From positions 1 to 64,000 of the forward strand of contig JAVKOQ020000037.1 of assembly GCA_031835245.2 (NCBI GenBank): 64,000 nt of DNA. The letters are read 5' to 3'. The notes under the pieces were generated by a model. The model saw only the letters and a list, made by a program, of their open reading frames with translations, searched no databases and had not been told where the DNA came from. The stretch's first letter is position 1, and every line of letters begins with the position of its first letter. Source of the stretch: Balamuthia mandrillaris. Taxonomy: Eukaryota. Both the position numbers and the translations under genes were made by a program. This document shows, in pieces, positions 1 to 11,900 of this stretch.

Positions 1-2906
1 ACGGGCAAGGTAGTTGGTGACGGATGGCAAGCGTGGACTGATCATCGGCCACTGGTAGTCGAGTTGAAGGACTCAGCAGATAATTGCGGCGGGGTTTGGA
101 TGGAACGATGGAAGTGGAAGTCCTACTCGGAGGAAGATCGCAAGAGGAGGTGGAGGGAGTACAAACGCGGGTGCAAGCATTTCTTCAAAGGAGAGGAATG
201 GAAGGCCATGGTCAGGAAAACACAGGACTACTGTTGAAGATCTTTGGAGCAAGTGGAAAAAAGGATGGTGGGATAGTGCAATGAGATGGTTTGGTAGAGA
301 AAGGAGACTAATAGGAGCAAAAACGAGCAGGGCAAGGAAGCCATGGTGGACGGCAGAGTTAACATCCTTGAACAAGCAGGTGGTGATAGCCCATGCTCAG
401 TGGCTAAGAGAAGGAAAGAATGATGGAAAGGCCAGAGAGGAATTTGTGGAACTCAGGAAAAGGTTTGTGAAGTTGTGGAGAGCCAACAAATGGGACTGGA
501 TGAAGTGAAGGAGACAAGAGAACATCAAGGAAATGCAGAAATGGATCGGCAACATGTGGAGGATAGTGGCAAAGCGTAGAGCAGAGCCCAAAGCAGTTAT
601 TGAGCACCACGGTAGCACGGCAGCCTTCAAGGAACATTGGGCAAAGCTGGGAAGGAAGGATTCTTCCATTGGGAGCTTGCATCGAGAGGAAGCAGGTCCA
701 GAAGGACTGCCTTGGTCTGGTAGTAACTGGCTTAAGAAGGAGAGTTTTAATCTTGCATGGAGGAAAAGATTGAGGGTGGGCAAAGCAGCTGGGGTGGACA
801 ATATTGATGGGGAAATGATGAAGTATGGAGGCAAACATGTGCAAGATGCAACTTGGACGCTGATCAAGGTCATTGAGAACCAAGGCATATTCCCCAAGGA
901 GGGGAAACAGGGGGTGGTTATTCCCTTGCATAAGGCAGGAGATCCCCAGAATCCAGCAAACTATAGAGGTATTACTCTCCTATGCAATGCAGCCAAGGTG
1001 TTTGAAGGAGCTATCTTGGTACAATTGAACATACAAGCAAGAGAGCAAGGGTGGATAAGTAATTGCCAGGGTGGATTTAGAAAAGGAAGGGGAGGCATGG
1101 ATCAGGTGTGGCGGTTGAAGAAATGCCTGATGAAGAGAAGCAAAGAACGTACCTATATTGCTCTGTTGGATATCAGCAAGGCATATGACATGCTTGACCA
1201 TGACATACTGGCAAGGACATTACGCAAAAGAGGAGCAGAAGAGGCAGCAGTGGGTATCATTACAGAGTGGTACCATGGTATGCCGAGTGTTATTCGCATG
1301 AATGGGCAGCTTTCAGAGGAATTTCTGGTGGAAAGAGGAGTTAAGCAAGGAGGAGTTTTGTCTCCATTCTTGTTCAATAATGTATACATTGATGTGTTGG
1401 CAAGAAAGCTACAAGCTGCAGGGAGAAGGGAAGAGGAGATAAAGCAAGGAATGTTTGCTTGTTGTTGCAGATGATTGGTAGTGGTGGCCAGCGACCCAGC
1501 CCAGGCAGAGATTGATGTGGCAGTGGAGGCAGTGAATGCTCTGGGACTTCAGTTCAATGCAAAGAAATCAGGGGTGCTAGTACAAGGAAAGAAGGCTCAT
1601 TTTCAAGAGTGGAGACTGAAGGGGGAGGCTGTGAAACGGGTGAAGGAGGCCAAGTACCTGGGACTGTGGTTTGAAGAAAGTGGGGAATGGACAACTCATG
1701 CCAAGGAGAGGATCACCAAGGCCAAGCAAGCCCTCTACAGCCTTAGGCAGCGGGGAGCCATTGCCCAAGGCCTTGGTACACGCACTGCCCAGATTGCTGC
1801 AGAGGCTATTATTGTCAAGTCTACCTTGTCATATGGATTATGTATGACAGAGCTTTCCAAATCATGGTGGAAGAAGATCGAAGCAGTGTGGAATGAGACA
1901 GCAAGAAGTGTATTGCAAGTTCTTCGAAGGACTGTGGCGGGGGTTTGTAGAGCAGAATTGGGCTGGTTGACCATCAAGGCCTACTGTGAGTTGGAAAGAC
2001 AAGCAGTAATTCATCATGCTGAGAGGCAAGATGGCCACTTTGAGCTACTTGAAGAGGTAAGCCAAGCAAGTGAAGAGGAAGGGGAGAAGAATGAAGGTGA
2101 GGGAGGTGCCGGAACGACAGTTGTTGAAAAGAAAGCCAAGAGGATGAGGGCCTTAACTCGAGTAGCCAAGATGGAGTATGCAGCTGAAGGAGAAAGAGGA
2201 ACAAGAGCATGGCTATGGCATAACTTCTTGACAAATGGAAGATGTTTGGTTGGACAACAACGGAGCTTAGTGATTACCAACCCAAGGAAAGAACGTTTGA
2301 TGAATGCTATTCGCTGTGGTGGCCTGCCTATTGGAAAAAAGTGGGGATCCATTCAGCAGTCTGAGGTGGATAGCAAGTGCCCTGCATGTGATGCTGAGGA
2401 AGAAACAGCAGAACACTTCCTGTTAAGGTGTCCTAACCTTTGGGAAGATCGCTTTAGAATCTGGAGTGTGGACAATGGAAGTGAAGAACAAGTCAGAAAG
2501 CTGATTATTGAAGACTGTACAACAAAGCTCCTGTCAAGTGGAAAGAAATGTAACAGAGCTCAAGAGATGGAACAATGTAAGCAAAGTTGTAACCGAGTCT
2601 GGAGATTATGGGCAGCAAGAGCAAGTTGGAAGCATGGAAGTTCTTCTGCATTTTATCAGTCTTTGGAAGTAATGTAAGCAAGGAAAAGAGGAAAAAGGAA
2701 AGGGAAAGAAAAGGATAGCTAGATGATACAAAGTTGGTCTGAAATCTCATTCAAACCTTTCACTTGTGCACTTGAATAACAATTGGGAGGCATTGAGGAT
2801 GAGGGAGTAAAGAAAGTAAGAGTACACTATGTATGTACAAGGCTTACTTTTTATGTATAGATTGGTGTTGCTCTCAGAGCAAATAAACTTTTTATTACTA
2901 CTACTA
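1..2906 (+). mobile_element. Non-LTR (LINE-like) retrotransposon copy 1, cut by the window edge and disrupted
   Basis: RT motifs NYRGITLL, QGGFRKGR, LLDISKAYD, GVKQGGVLSPFLFN and YLGLWF. C-terminal CCHC motif CPACDAEEETAEHFLLRCP. Stop at 2677, then 3' UTR and a TTATTACTACTACTA tail. Has an in-frame stop at 506-508 and indels around the FADD motif. Confidence 0.95.
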
Positions 2907-5900
2907 TAATCGGTATAGTGTATCTCCCTCCAGGAGGTACCGTGGACAACTTTAAGGTCACCTTGGCTGCGATTGAGAAAAGAATCCTGGACGTGGTCAA
3001 GGAAGGAAGACCCCTGATTATTGGAGGTGATTGGAACGCCAGGGTTGGAAAGGGATGGAATGGTAGAGGTGAATCTACTTACAACGCGAGAGGAAAGGTG
3101 TTGGTGGAGGCTTTCAAAAGGCTGGCCCTCTCGTTGCCTCAGCTCAAAGAGGAAGCGCCAGTATTTACATGGAGAGCTGGAAAACGAAAGAGCATTGTGG
3201 ACTATGTGGTAGCATGGAGATGGACGGGCAAGGTAGTTGGTGACGGATGGCAAGCTTGGACTGATCATCAACCACTGGTAGTCGAGTTGAAGGACTCAGC
3301 AGATAATTGCGGCGGGGTTTGGATGGAACGATGGAAGTGGAAGTCCTACTCAGAGGAAGATCGCAAGAGGAAGTGGAGGGAGTACAAACGCGGGTGCAAG
3401 CGTTTCTTCAAAGGAGAGGAATGGAAGGCCATGGTCAAGAAAACACGGGAGGGAACAGCTACTGTTGAAGATCTTTGGAGCAAGTGGAAAAAAGGATTGT
3501 GGGATTGTGCAATGAGATGGTTTGGTAGAGAAAGGAGACTGATAGGAGCAACAACGAGCAGGGCAAGGAAGCCATGGTGGACAGCAGAGTTAACATCCTT
3601 GAACAAGCAGGTAGTGATAGCCCATGCTCAGTGGCTAAGAGAAGGAAAGAATGATGGAAAGGCCAGAGAGGAATTTGTGGAACTCAGGAAAAGGTTTGTG
3701 AAGTTGTGGAGAGCCAACAAATGGGACTGGATGAAGTGGAGGAGACAAGAGAACATCAAGGAAATGCAGAAATGGATCGGCAACATGTGGAGGATAGTGG
3801 CAAAGCGTAGAGCAGAGCCCAAAGCAGTTACTGAGCACCACGGTAGCACGGCAGCCTTCAAGGAACATTGGGCAAAGCTGGAAAGGAAGGATTCTTCCAT
3901 TGGGAGCTTGCATCGAGAGGAAGCAGGTCCAAAAGGACCGCCTTGGTCTGGTAGTAACTGGCTTAAGAAGGAGAGTTTTAATCTTGCATGGAGGAAAAGA
4001 TTGAGGGTGGGCAAAGCAGCTAGGGTGGACAAAATTGATGGGGAAATGATGAAGTATGGAGGTAAACGTGTACAAGATGCAACTTGGACGCTGATCAAGG
4101 CCATTGAGAACCAAGGCATATTCCCCAAGGAGTGGAAAAAGGGGTGGTTATCCCCTTGCATAAGGCAGGAGATCCCCAGAATCCAGCAAACTATAGAGGT
4201 ATTACGTTCCTATGCAATGCAGCCAAGGTGTTTGAAGGAGCTATCTTGGTACAGTTGAACATACAGGCAAGAGAGCAAGGGTGGATAAGTAATTGCCAGG
4301 GCGGATTTAGAAAAGGAAGGGGAGTCATGGATCAGGTGTGGTGGTTGAAGAGAAGCCTGATGAAGAGAAGCAAAGAACATACCTATATTGCTCTGTTGGA
4401 TATCAGCAAGGCATATGACATGCTTAACCATGACATACTGGCAAGGACATTACGCAAAAGAGGAGCAGAAGAGGCAGCAGTGGGTATCATTACAGAGTGG
4501 TACTGTGGTATGATGAGTGTTATTTGCATGAATGGGCAGCTCTCTGAGGAATTTCTGGTGGAAAGAGGAGTTAAGCAAGGAGGAGTTTTGTCTCCATTCT
4601 TGTTCAATGTATACATTGATGTGGTGGCAAGAAAGCCACAAGCAGCAGAGGAGAAGGAAAGAGGAGATAAAGCAAGGAATGTTTGCTTGTTGTTTGCTGA
4701 TGACTTGGCAGTGGTGGCCAGCAATCCGTTTGAGCTTCAGAGAAGATTGAATGTAGCAGTGGAGGCAGTGAATGCTCTGGGACTTCAGTTCAATGCAAAG
4801 AAATCAGTGGTGCTAGTACAAGGAAAGAAGGCTCATTTTCAAGAGTGGAGACTTAAGGGGGAGGCTGTGAAACGTGTGAAGGAGGCCAAGTACCTGGGAC
4901 TGTGGTTTGAAGAAAGTGGGGAATGGACAACTCATGCCAAGGAGAGGATCACCAAGGCCAAGCAAGCCCTCTACAGCCTTAGGCAGCGGGGAGCCATTGC
5001 CCAAGGCCTTGGTACACGCACTGCCCAGATTGCTGCAGAGGCTATTGTCAAGTCTACCTTGTCATATGGATTATGTATGACAGAGCTTTCCAAATCATGG
5101 TGGAAGAAGATCGAAGCAGGGTGGAATGAGACAGCAAGAAGTGTATTGCAAGTTCATCGAAGGACTGTGGCGGGGGGTTGTAGAGCAGAATTGGGCTGGT
5201 TGACCATCAAGGCCTACTGTAGGAGTTGGAAAGACAAGCAGTAATTCATCATGCTGAGAGGCAAGATGGCCACTTTGAGCTACTTGAAGAGGTAAGCCAA
5301 GCAAGTGAAGAGGAAGGGGAGATGAATGAAGGTGAGGGAGGTGACGGAACGACAGTTGTTGAAAAGAAAGCCAAGAGGATGAGGGCCTTAACTCGAGTAG
5401 CCAAGATGGAGTATGCAGCTGAAGGAGAAAGAGGAACAAGAGCATGGCTATTGCATAACTTCTTGACAAATGGAAGATGTTTGGTTGGACAACAACGGAG
5501 CTTAGTGATTACCAACCCAAGGAAAGAACGTTTGATGAATGCTATTCGCTGTGGTGGACTGCCTATTGGAAAAAAGTGGGGATCCATTCAGCAGTCTGAG
5601 GTGGATAGCAAGTGCCCTGCATGTGATGCGGAGGAAGAAACAGCAGAACACTTCCTGTTAAGGTGTCCTAACCTTTGGGAAGATCGCTTTAGAATCTGGA
5701 GTGTGGACAATGGAAGTGAAGAACAAGTCAGAAAGCTGATTATTGAAGACTGTACAACAAAGCTCCTGTCAAGTGGAAAGAAATGTAACAGAGCTCAAGA
5801 GATGGAACAATGTAAGCAAAGTTGTAAACGAGTCTGGAGATTATGGGCAGCAAGAGCAAGTTGGAAGCATGGAAGTTCTTCTGCATTTTATCAGTCTTTG

Positions 5901-6141
5901 GAAGTAATGTAAGCAAGGAAAAGAGAAGAAAGGAAAGGGAAAGAAAAGGATAGCTAGATGATACAAAGTTGGTCTGAAATCTCATTCAACACCTTTCACT
6001 TGTGAATTGAGTAACAATTGGGAAGGCATTGAGGATGAGGGAGTAAGAAAAGTAAGAGTACACTATGTATGTACAAGGCTTACTTTTTATGTATAGATTG
6101 GTGTTGCTCTCAGAGCAAATAAACTTTTTTATTACTACTAC
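2905..6141 (+). mobile_element. Non-LTR retrotransposon copy 2 (APE-RT-CCHC), 5'-truncated within the APE endonuclease
   Basis: Starts at IIGIVYLPPGG. APE motifs IIGGDWNARVG, SIVDYV and TDHQPL. RT contains LLFADDL. Frameshifts near 4140 and 5222; stop at 5912. Same 3' UTR and TAC tail as copy 1; near-identical to copy 1 at an offset of ~3223-3235 bp. Confidence 0.95.
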
Positions 6142-7374
6142 AACAAACAATGCAATGCTCTTCCTTATGAACAAGGGCAATGTCAATAGTGTGTGATTGT
6201 GTTTGTGCTAGTTACCCCATCCTATAAATTTTATATAATAGAAATTGACAGTTTTTCTACTGAGCTAAATTTATATGGACAGTTTTTAGCAGTTGATGGA
6301 AAAACCATCAAAAACCACCGTTTTGGGAAAGCTGCAAAACCACCATAGAAAAATTTGTCCAGAATTTTTGACAACCAAAAGCCCAGGGGTATAGCAGATA
6401 ACAAGCCTTGGTTTATCTTGTTGAACTCTGAGGAAGTGCTTGTGCATCATGGGAATGAGGTGATTGGACTCAGTCTTCAAGTGGATGAAATCAAAAGTTC
6501 CTGCGTGAGGGATTACTGCATTAACAAACACCACGGGCACCTGTGGCTGGTGTTCTGCTTATTGCTAGTGAGTAGTCACTTGCATTTATCACCTACACCC
6601 TCAAGTACATTCACACTATTTACAAGAAGCGAACCAGAAATAATGGAACAATGTGGTAATGATCAATAAAGACACAATGGAATTCTGTGGAATTTATGAT
6701 AGTGGCCATAGGAAACTGCTTTGTTACTCATGTCAAAAAAAAGTGAAGAGAGGTTATTAGAAAGCAAGCCAAAGGTTAATGGGTACCTATTACCCCTTAT
6801 TCACCAATTTGTCATTTCCATTTTTACTATCCTCGCCCTTATCACTGACAGCAAAAGCCACTTCGCAGTCTTTCTGCCAGTCTGTCCATCTGTCCTTTTA
6901 TCCTCCACTGTCTTGGATCTGCAGGGTTATTCCCCATCAACATTTGTTTTAAGCGAACTTTTCATGGTCAGAACAGTTCAACCTCACCACAATGAGCAAC
7001 GACAACAAGCTCAGCACTCAAGTTCTACTGATTGAGATGATTTATCTCCCATGGAACTCTGTCTTCTCAGCAAAAAGGAGCAAGCCTCCATCTAATACCT
7101 CAAGGTCACACAGGATAAGCTCCTTGAATATCTGGGCAAACACCAGATGGTCAACAAGGATGAAACCTTCGCTCTCATCCACACTCAACTCTAGCCAAGC
7201 ACAGACATCATCATCTCCGCAACTGGCTTTGGCACTATCACCATCTTCATTACCATCTCCTTCACTAGCTTTGCCTCCCTTTGGCACTAACCAGCCATCT
7301 ACCAATGGATGCCACTGTAAAGCATTCTCTTATCCAGTGCTCTCTTGACTTGCAATTGTAGCAAAAGGGTTGGG

Positions 7375-8230
7375 GATGGTTTAGAGATGGTTTTGTGGGG
7401 GTGTAGCAGGATTTTTGATGGTTTTTGATGGTTTTTGGATGGTTTTGGATGGTTTTTTCATGGTTTTGGATGGTTTTTGGATGGTTTCAGATGGTTTTTT
7501 CATGGTTTAGCATAGTGCAGCATGGTGTAGCATGGTTGGGCATGGTTTTTTCATGGTGCGGCATGGTTTGGCATGGTTCTGAGATGGTTTTTTCATGGTT
7601 TTTTAAGAAAAAAAAGAATTTCCATGGTTATTTTGATGGTTTGGCATGGTTTAGAGATGGTTTTTGATGGTTTTTTCATGGTTTGGCATAGCTTAACATG
7701 CTTTGCTATGGTTGAGCATGGTTTGGCATGGTTCTGAGATGGTTTTGAGATGGTTTTAGATGGTATTTGATGGTTGTTTTTAAGAATTTCCATGGTTTTT
7801 GATGGTTTGCCATGGTTCTGAGATGGTTTTGGATGGTTTTTTCATGGTTTGGCATAGTTTAACATGCTTTGCTATGATTGAGCATGGTTTGGCATGGTTT
7901 TGAGATGGTTTTGAGATGGTTTTAGATGGTTTTCGATGGTATTTTCATAATTTAACATGGTTTGGCATGGTTTTTGGAGAGCCTAGCATGGTTTTTCATG
8001 GTTTTTGGATGGTTTAGCATGGTAGAGCATGGTTTAAAATTGTTATACCACTCTCCCAAAATACCTATCTCTCCTTGTATATATATTTCTTTCTTTCATT
8101 CTATTAAATGTCTTTTCTCTGCACACCCAACGAGTTGGTATCTGTTGGGTTGTTCCCTCACCAGCCTTATCAAAATGGTTGGGCATGGTTCTTTCATGGT
8201 ATGGCATGGTTTGGTATGGTTTTTAGATGC
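7375..8230. repeat. Degenerate minisatellite of [C/G]ATGGTTT(T) units
   Basis: Dozens of ATGGTTT units at ~9-12 bp spacing. Also a higher-order duplication, e.g. GGCATAG.TTAACATGCTTTGCTATG.TTGAGCATGG at ~7685 and ~7851. Confidence 0.9.
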
Positions 8231-8402
8231 ACATCCTATAATTATTATTAAAAAAGAAAAAAAAGCCTTTTTTTTTGAATATCCAAGTTCCAGTTCAAGT
8301 TCATTAGTATGCAACTATTGACCTTTTTTTAAATAAAAGCAAGTATTGCAAATATATATATATCTATATTAATAGATGTATACTATATATCACTTTGTTA
8401 TG

Positions 8403-8727
8403 CCACTTTCCCATTATACTTATCCCTATTTCTTCCTATATATTTATTTCTTTCATCCTTATAAAGGTCTTTTCCCTATGTATATGAAAATGGTGATAGG
8501 CTATTCCTCTATCAGCCTTATCACAGTACCTTCATTAGCCTAGTCAGCTTGAGTCTGTATACTCTTTAAATCTATTAATGTTCTGGCTTTCCTAAATAAA
8601 AAATAAAGGAGATTTGGTAATTCATGTAGAAGGCCAGTAGGGCAACAACTCAATAGACATAGGGAAAAGGCCTTTAATAGAATGAAAGATATACAAGGAA
8701 TGAATGGAACATGTATTATGGGAGTGG
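8403..8727. mobile_element. MITE/foldback-like element with imperfect ~75 bp terminal inverted repeats
   Basis: TAAAGGTCTTTTCCCTATGT (8462-8481) matches the reverse complement of ACATAGGGAAAAGGCCTTTA (~8658-8677) at 19/20 positions. Similarity extends out to CCACT..CCCA termini. A third terminus copy lies at 8048-8120. No clear TSD. Confidence 0.55.
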
Positions 8728-8900
8728 AAAGTTGGGAATTGCTGCGTTGGAGACCTGCTTGGCTTTCAAAGGTTGCAACCTGGTAAAGTGTTAACCAGAA
8801 GAACTGCCAATGCCATCCACATTTGTGGCTGACTGATCACAGATCCGATTGTGACTGTTGAATCCCACACAAGAAAAAAAAGTGCTTGCCAAGTAAACAT

Positions 8901-11900
8901 TTATTTGTGTGTTTGGTGATGTGGCACTTTAATGGAACTGCCTGGGGCTCGAGTTGGTCGTTTCCGTTTTTTACGATCCATTTGTTTTTTGTTGTGTTGA
9001 TGACGTTTTTGGGCTGCAGCCTCTGGATTTAGCAAAGACAATAGTGCACGCTTCCGTTTACGTTGTGCTCTTTGTTCATCAACCTTTGATCTCACTTCAT
9101 TTTGTGCTTTCATAAAGACCATGTGCCCAACTTTTTCACGCACCAAATCCATAACTTCTGTGGCAAGTGCAGCAGCTGCAATAAACAATATAGGTTAGCA
9201 AAAAGGTGAACATGACCAACATTATATAGACAAACCATCTGCTTGTTTGTTGCTGCCTTCATTTATAGTCCGATACATTGGAGCAATCATTGGTATCAAG
9301 AAAGGTTCAAGATCGTTGGAGAGCATAGTTGTAGCCATAGCCCCAAACCACTTAAATACACACGTTTTCTGAAAAATTAATTGGGTTAGTAGGTATTTAA
9401 AATGTAAGAGCTAAAGGGAGTGTCATTGCGTACAGTTAATGGGCCTTGGGTACGTGAAAGGAATGATAAGCGACGAAATAGCCAATGCAAGCTTTGCAGT
9501 GTGCCTTCATAGCATCCATTTGCCGTTTGTTCAATATCCTCCTCCTTCTCTTCCTCCTCTTCCTCCTCCTCCTCTATACTGGCAACTTTAGAAGAGGTTG
9601 TATTGTGCTCTGATGAGGAACTCGAGGGATTTTGGTACAAGTATGCGCCTACAAACAATAGGTTTTTCACTACTTGTTCACCCAAGTCCGGGGAAAGGTG
9701 CTCTTCATAGAGCTGTTGGCAAAATACTTTGGCAAGGCTAAAAGCTGCGCTTGCATTAATGATAGCTTCGGCTTCCCCAATCTGTCGACAGTGGCTAAAA
9801 TAGAGGCCAAACAAACGGGCGGCAGCCAAGCGTATCCAAAGGTGATGATGCAACAAAGCTTTGCAAGTAGAGTTCCATAATTCATTCATCTGTCACAAAA
9901 AAGTAATTAAATAATGAAAATGAAAATCGAGATGAGACATTCACAAAGCTTACCTGCTCAGAAACGATCAAGGAGGAGAGAATATTAGGAAAAGCAACGA
10001 ATATTTTTTCCAATAGGACGAGGGCATAGTAGAGTAACTCCCATTGCCTCTTGTTTGCGGCTTGTGATGTTGCACTTTGAGGACTCGCCGTTGCTTCTTT
10101 GCTGACCAAAGTCATTGCAGTATTCATCACGGCAGGAGCATGTTTATCAAAGATTGAGGTCCCTTGGGCGGCTTCAACAAATAGTCCAAGTAACTGAACG
10201 GAGGCTCTCTTGAGAAGATAAACGCTTGATTCTTGATGTTGTTGGTGCGAGGCATCGGATTCGAACCAATGCAGTGCTACTGACAACAGTTGCTGGGCTA
10301 CGTTGGGGTGTGTGGCTAAGAACAGAGCTTTAAGCACTTGGCCAGCAGCCTGCCGACAGGATTGAGAATCATCATTTATCAGGCGCATTACTAGCGGCAG
10401 CATAAAGAACTCCTAGATGATTAGATATCGACGGAAAGAGAGAGAGAGAGAGAGAGAGAATCAGTGACGCAAAAACTCTGACAAAAATGAGTCATGGCAG
10501 TACTAACCGAATAGTCATCAAGGATGGCTTGCGGAAATTTAAGACATATTTGCCGGAGCATGTCTAAAGCTGCCAATCGGCCGGTTTCATGCACAAAGGA
10601 GAGATTTTTCACCAAGAAGGAAAGGTGTTGCTTTAACCTGTCCTTGCCAAGTGGATAGTGGAGTAGAAACTGAAGGAACAGAAAGCTGCATTGCTGGCGA
10701 ATCGCTGGGGCTTGGCTTTGCAACATCAGCTCGCTTAAGCGAATCATTAAGTCGTATATCTCAGACACAACGAGCTTACGAGAAAGAATGACTTTTAGGA
10801 GGTTGAATGTTCGGGCATGGTTTTCTAGCTCATCCAGGTCATTGTTTGCAAAAACGAGAAGGGCGCGAAGTTGAGCTTCAGTTATTGTGTGGTTATCGCA
10901 ATGTCGAATAATCACAGTAAGCATCTTGAAGCAAGTTTGCTGGAGTTCCGAGCGAGCAGCAGATTTCTGTGAACAGCAGTCAAGAACGTGTCAACAGAAA
11001 AAAATCCAAATGTTACTGCTAAATTCTTACCTTGAGCAACGATAAGGTCCTCTTTGTTAGCTTTTGAACATTGGCATGGTGAAGAGTGGGCAACTCAATG
11101 CGTAACAAAAAGCATAGACACTGCAAAAAGTTTGTTAGGCTTCGCTCACCTTCTTCTCTCTCTCTCGCTCTCTCTCGCTCTGCATGCACGTACCTTTAAA
11201 GTAAGAACTAGAGTGTTATTGTACTGGCTTTTCATGCAGAAACGTATGAGTAACGTTGCAAATGGATCCAACATTTGGCGAGTCGCTAAGTTCTGAGTGC
11301 TAAGCTTTTCCCTTTTAAGAAAAGCCAGAAGCACCATCAATCCAAATTCCGCTATCACGTGCATATTGCCTGACCGTTGAAGTTTGGCTCGTTTTGGCTT
11401 GGTAGAAGGGGCGGGTTGTGCTTGTACTAAAAATCGCAGCTCTGCATGAAGTTAAAAAAAACAGGTAAGTGTTTGTTCTTCCATTCAACAAGTTTCATTT
11501 TGGTTTACCTTTTGCTTTTGCTTCACTCGCAATGTTTTGATACTGTTGCTCTCCAGACATGCAGTGCGTCTTGATGAGAGTATGCAGAAAGACGAGTAGT
11601 TGCTCCGAGGTCACCGAGTCGTTCTTTTCTATACCATGGGCAATGTTTCGAAGCGCCTCCTCTATTTTTGCGATTGCTTTGAGTGAAGTGGTTTCTTCCT
11701 GCATTTTTTAATCCCAAGAGATAAGAGCAGTAAGTCACTTGAATAAAACAATAAATAATAAAGGGTATGTCACATACCAGGGCAGCTTTTAGTGGTTGTA
11801 ACAGGGCATGTACAGTGTCGGACCGGAAGGTTATTAACCGAGCACAAATTTCAAAGGCATGATACGTATGCTGGGTCTTACGCGCTTCTTTCAGTTTCCG

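Noticed and set aside
397..5587. Antisense ORFs over the retrotransposon copies
   Set aside because: Shadow frames, duplicated only because the element itself is duplicated.
7425..8321. MVFGWF-repeat ORFs, and a possible CRISPR or telomere array
   Set aside because: The ORFs are satellite translations. There are no unique spacers, and the units are too irregular for a telomerase-made tract.
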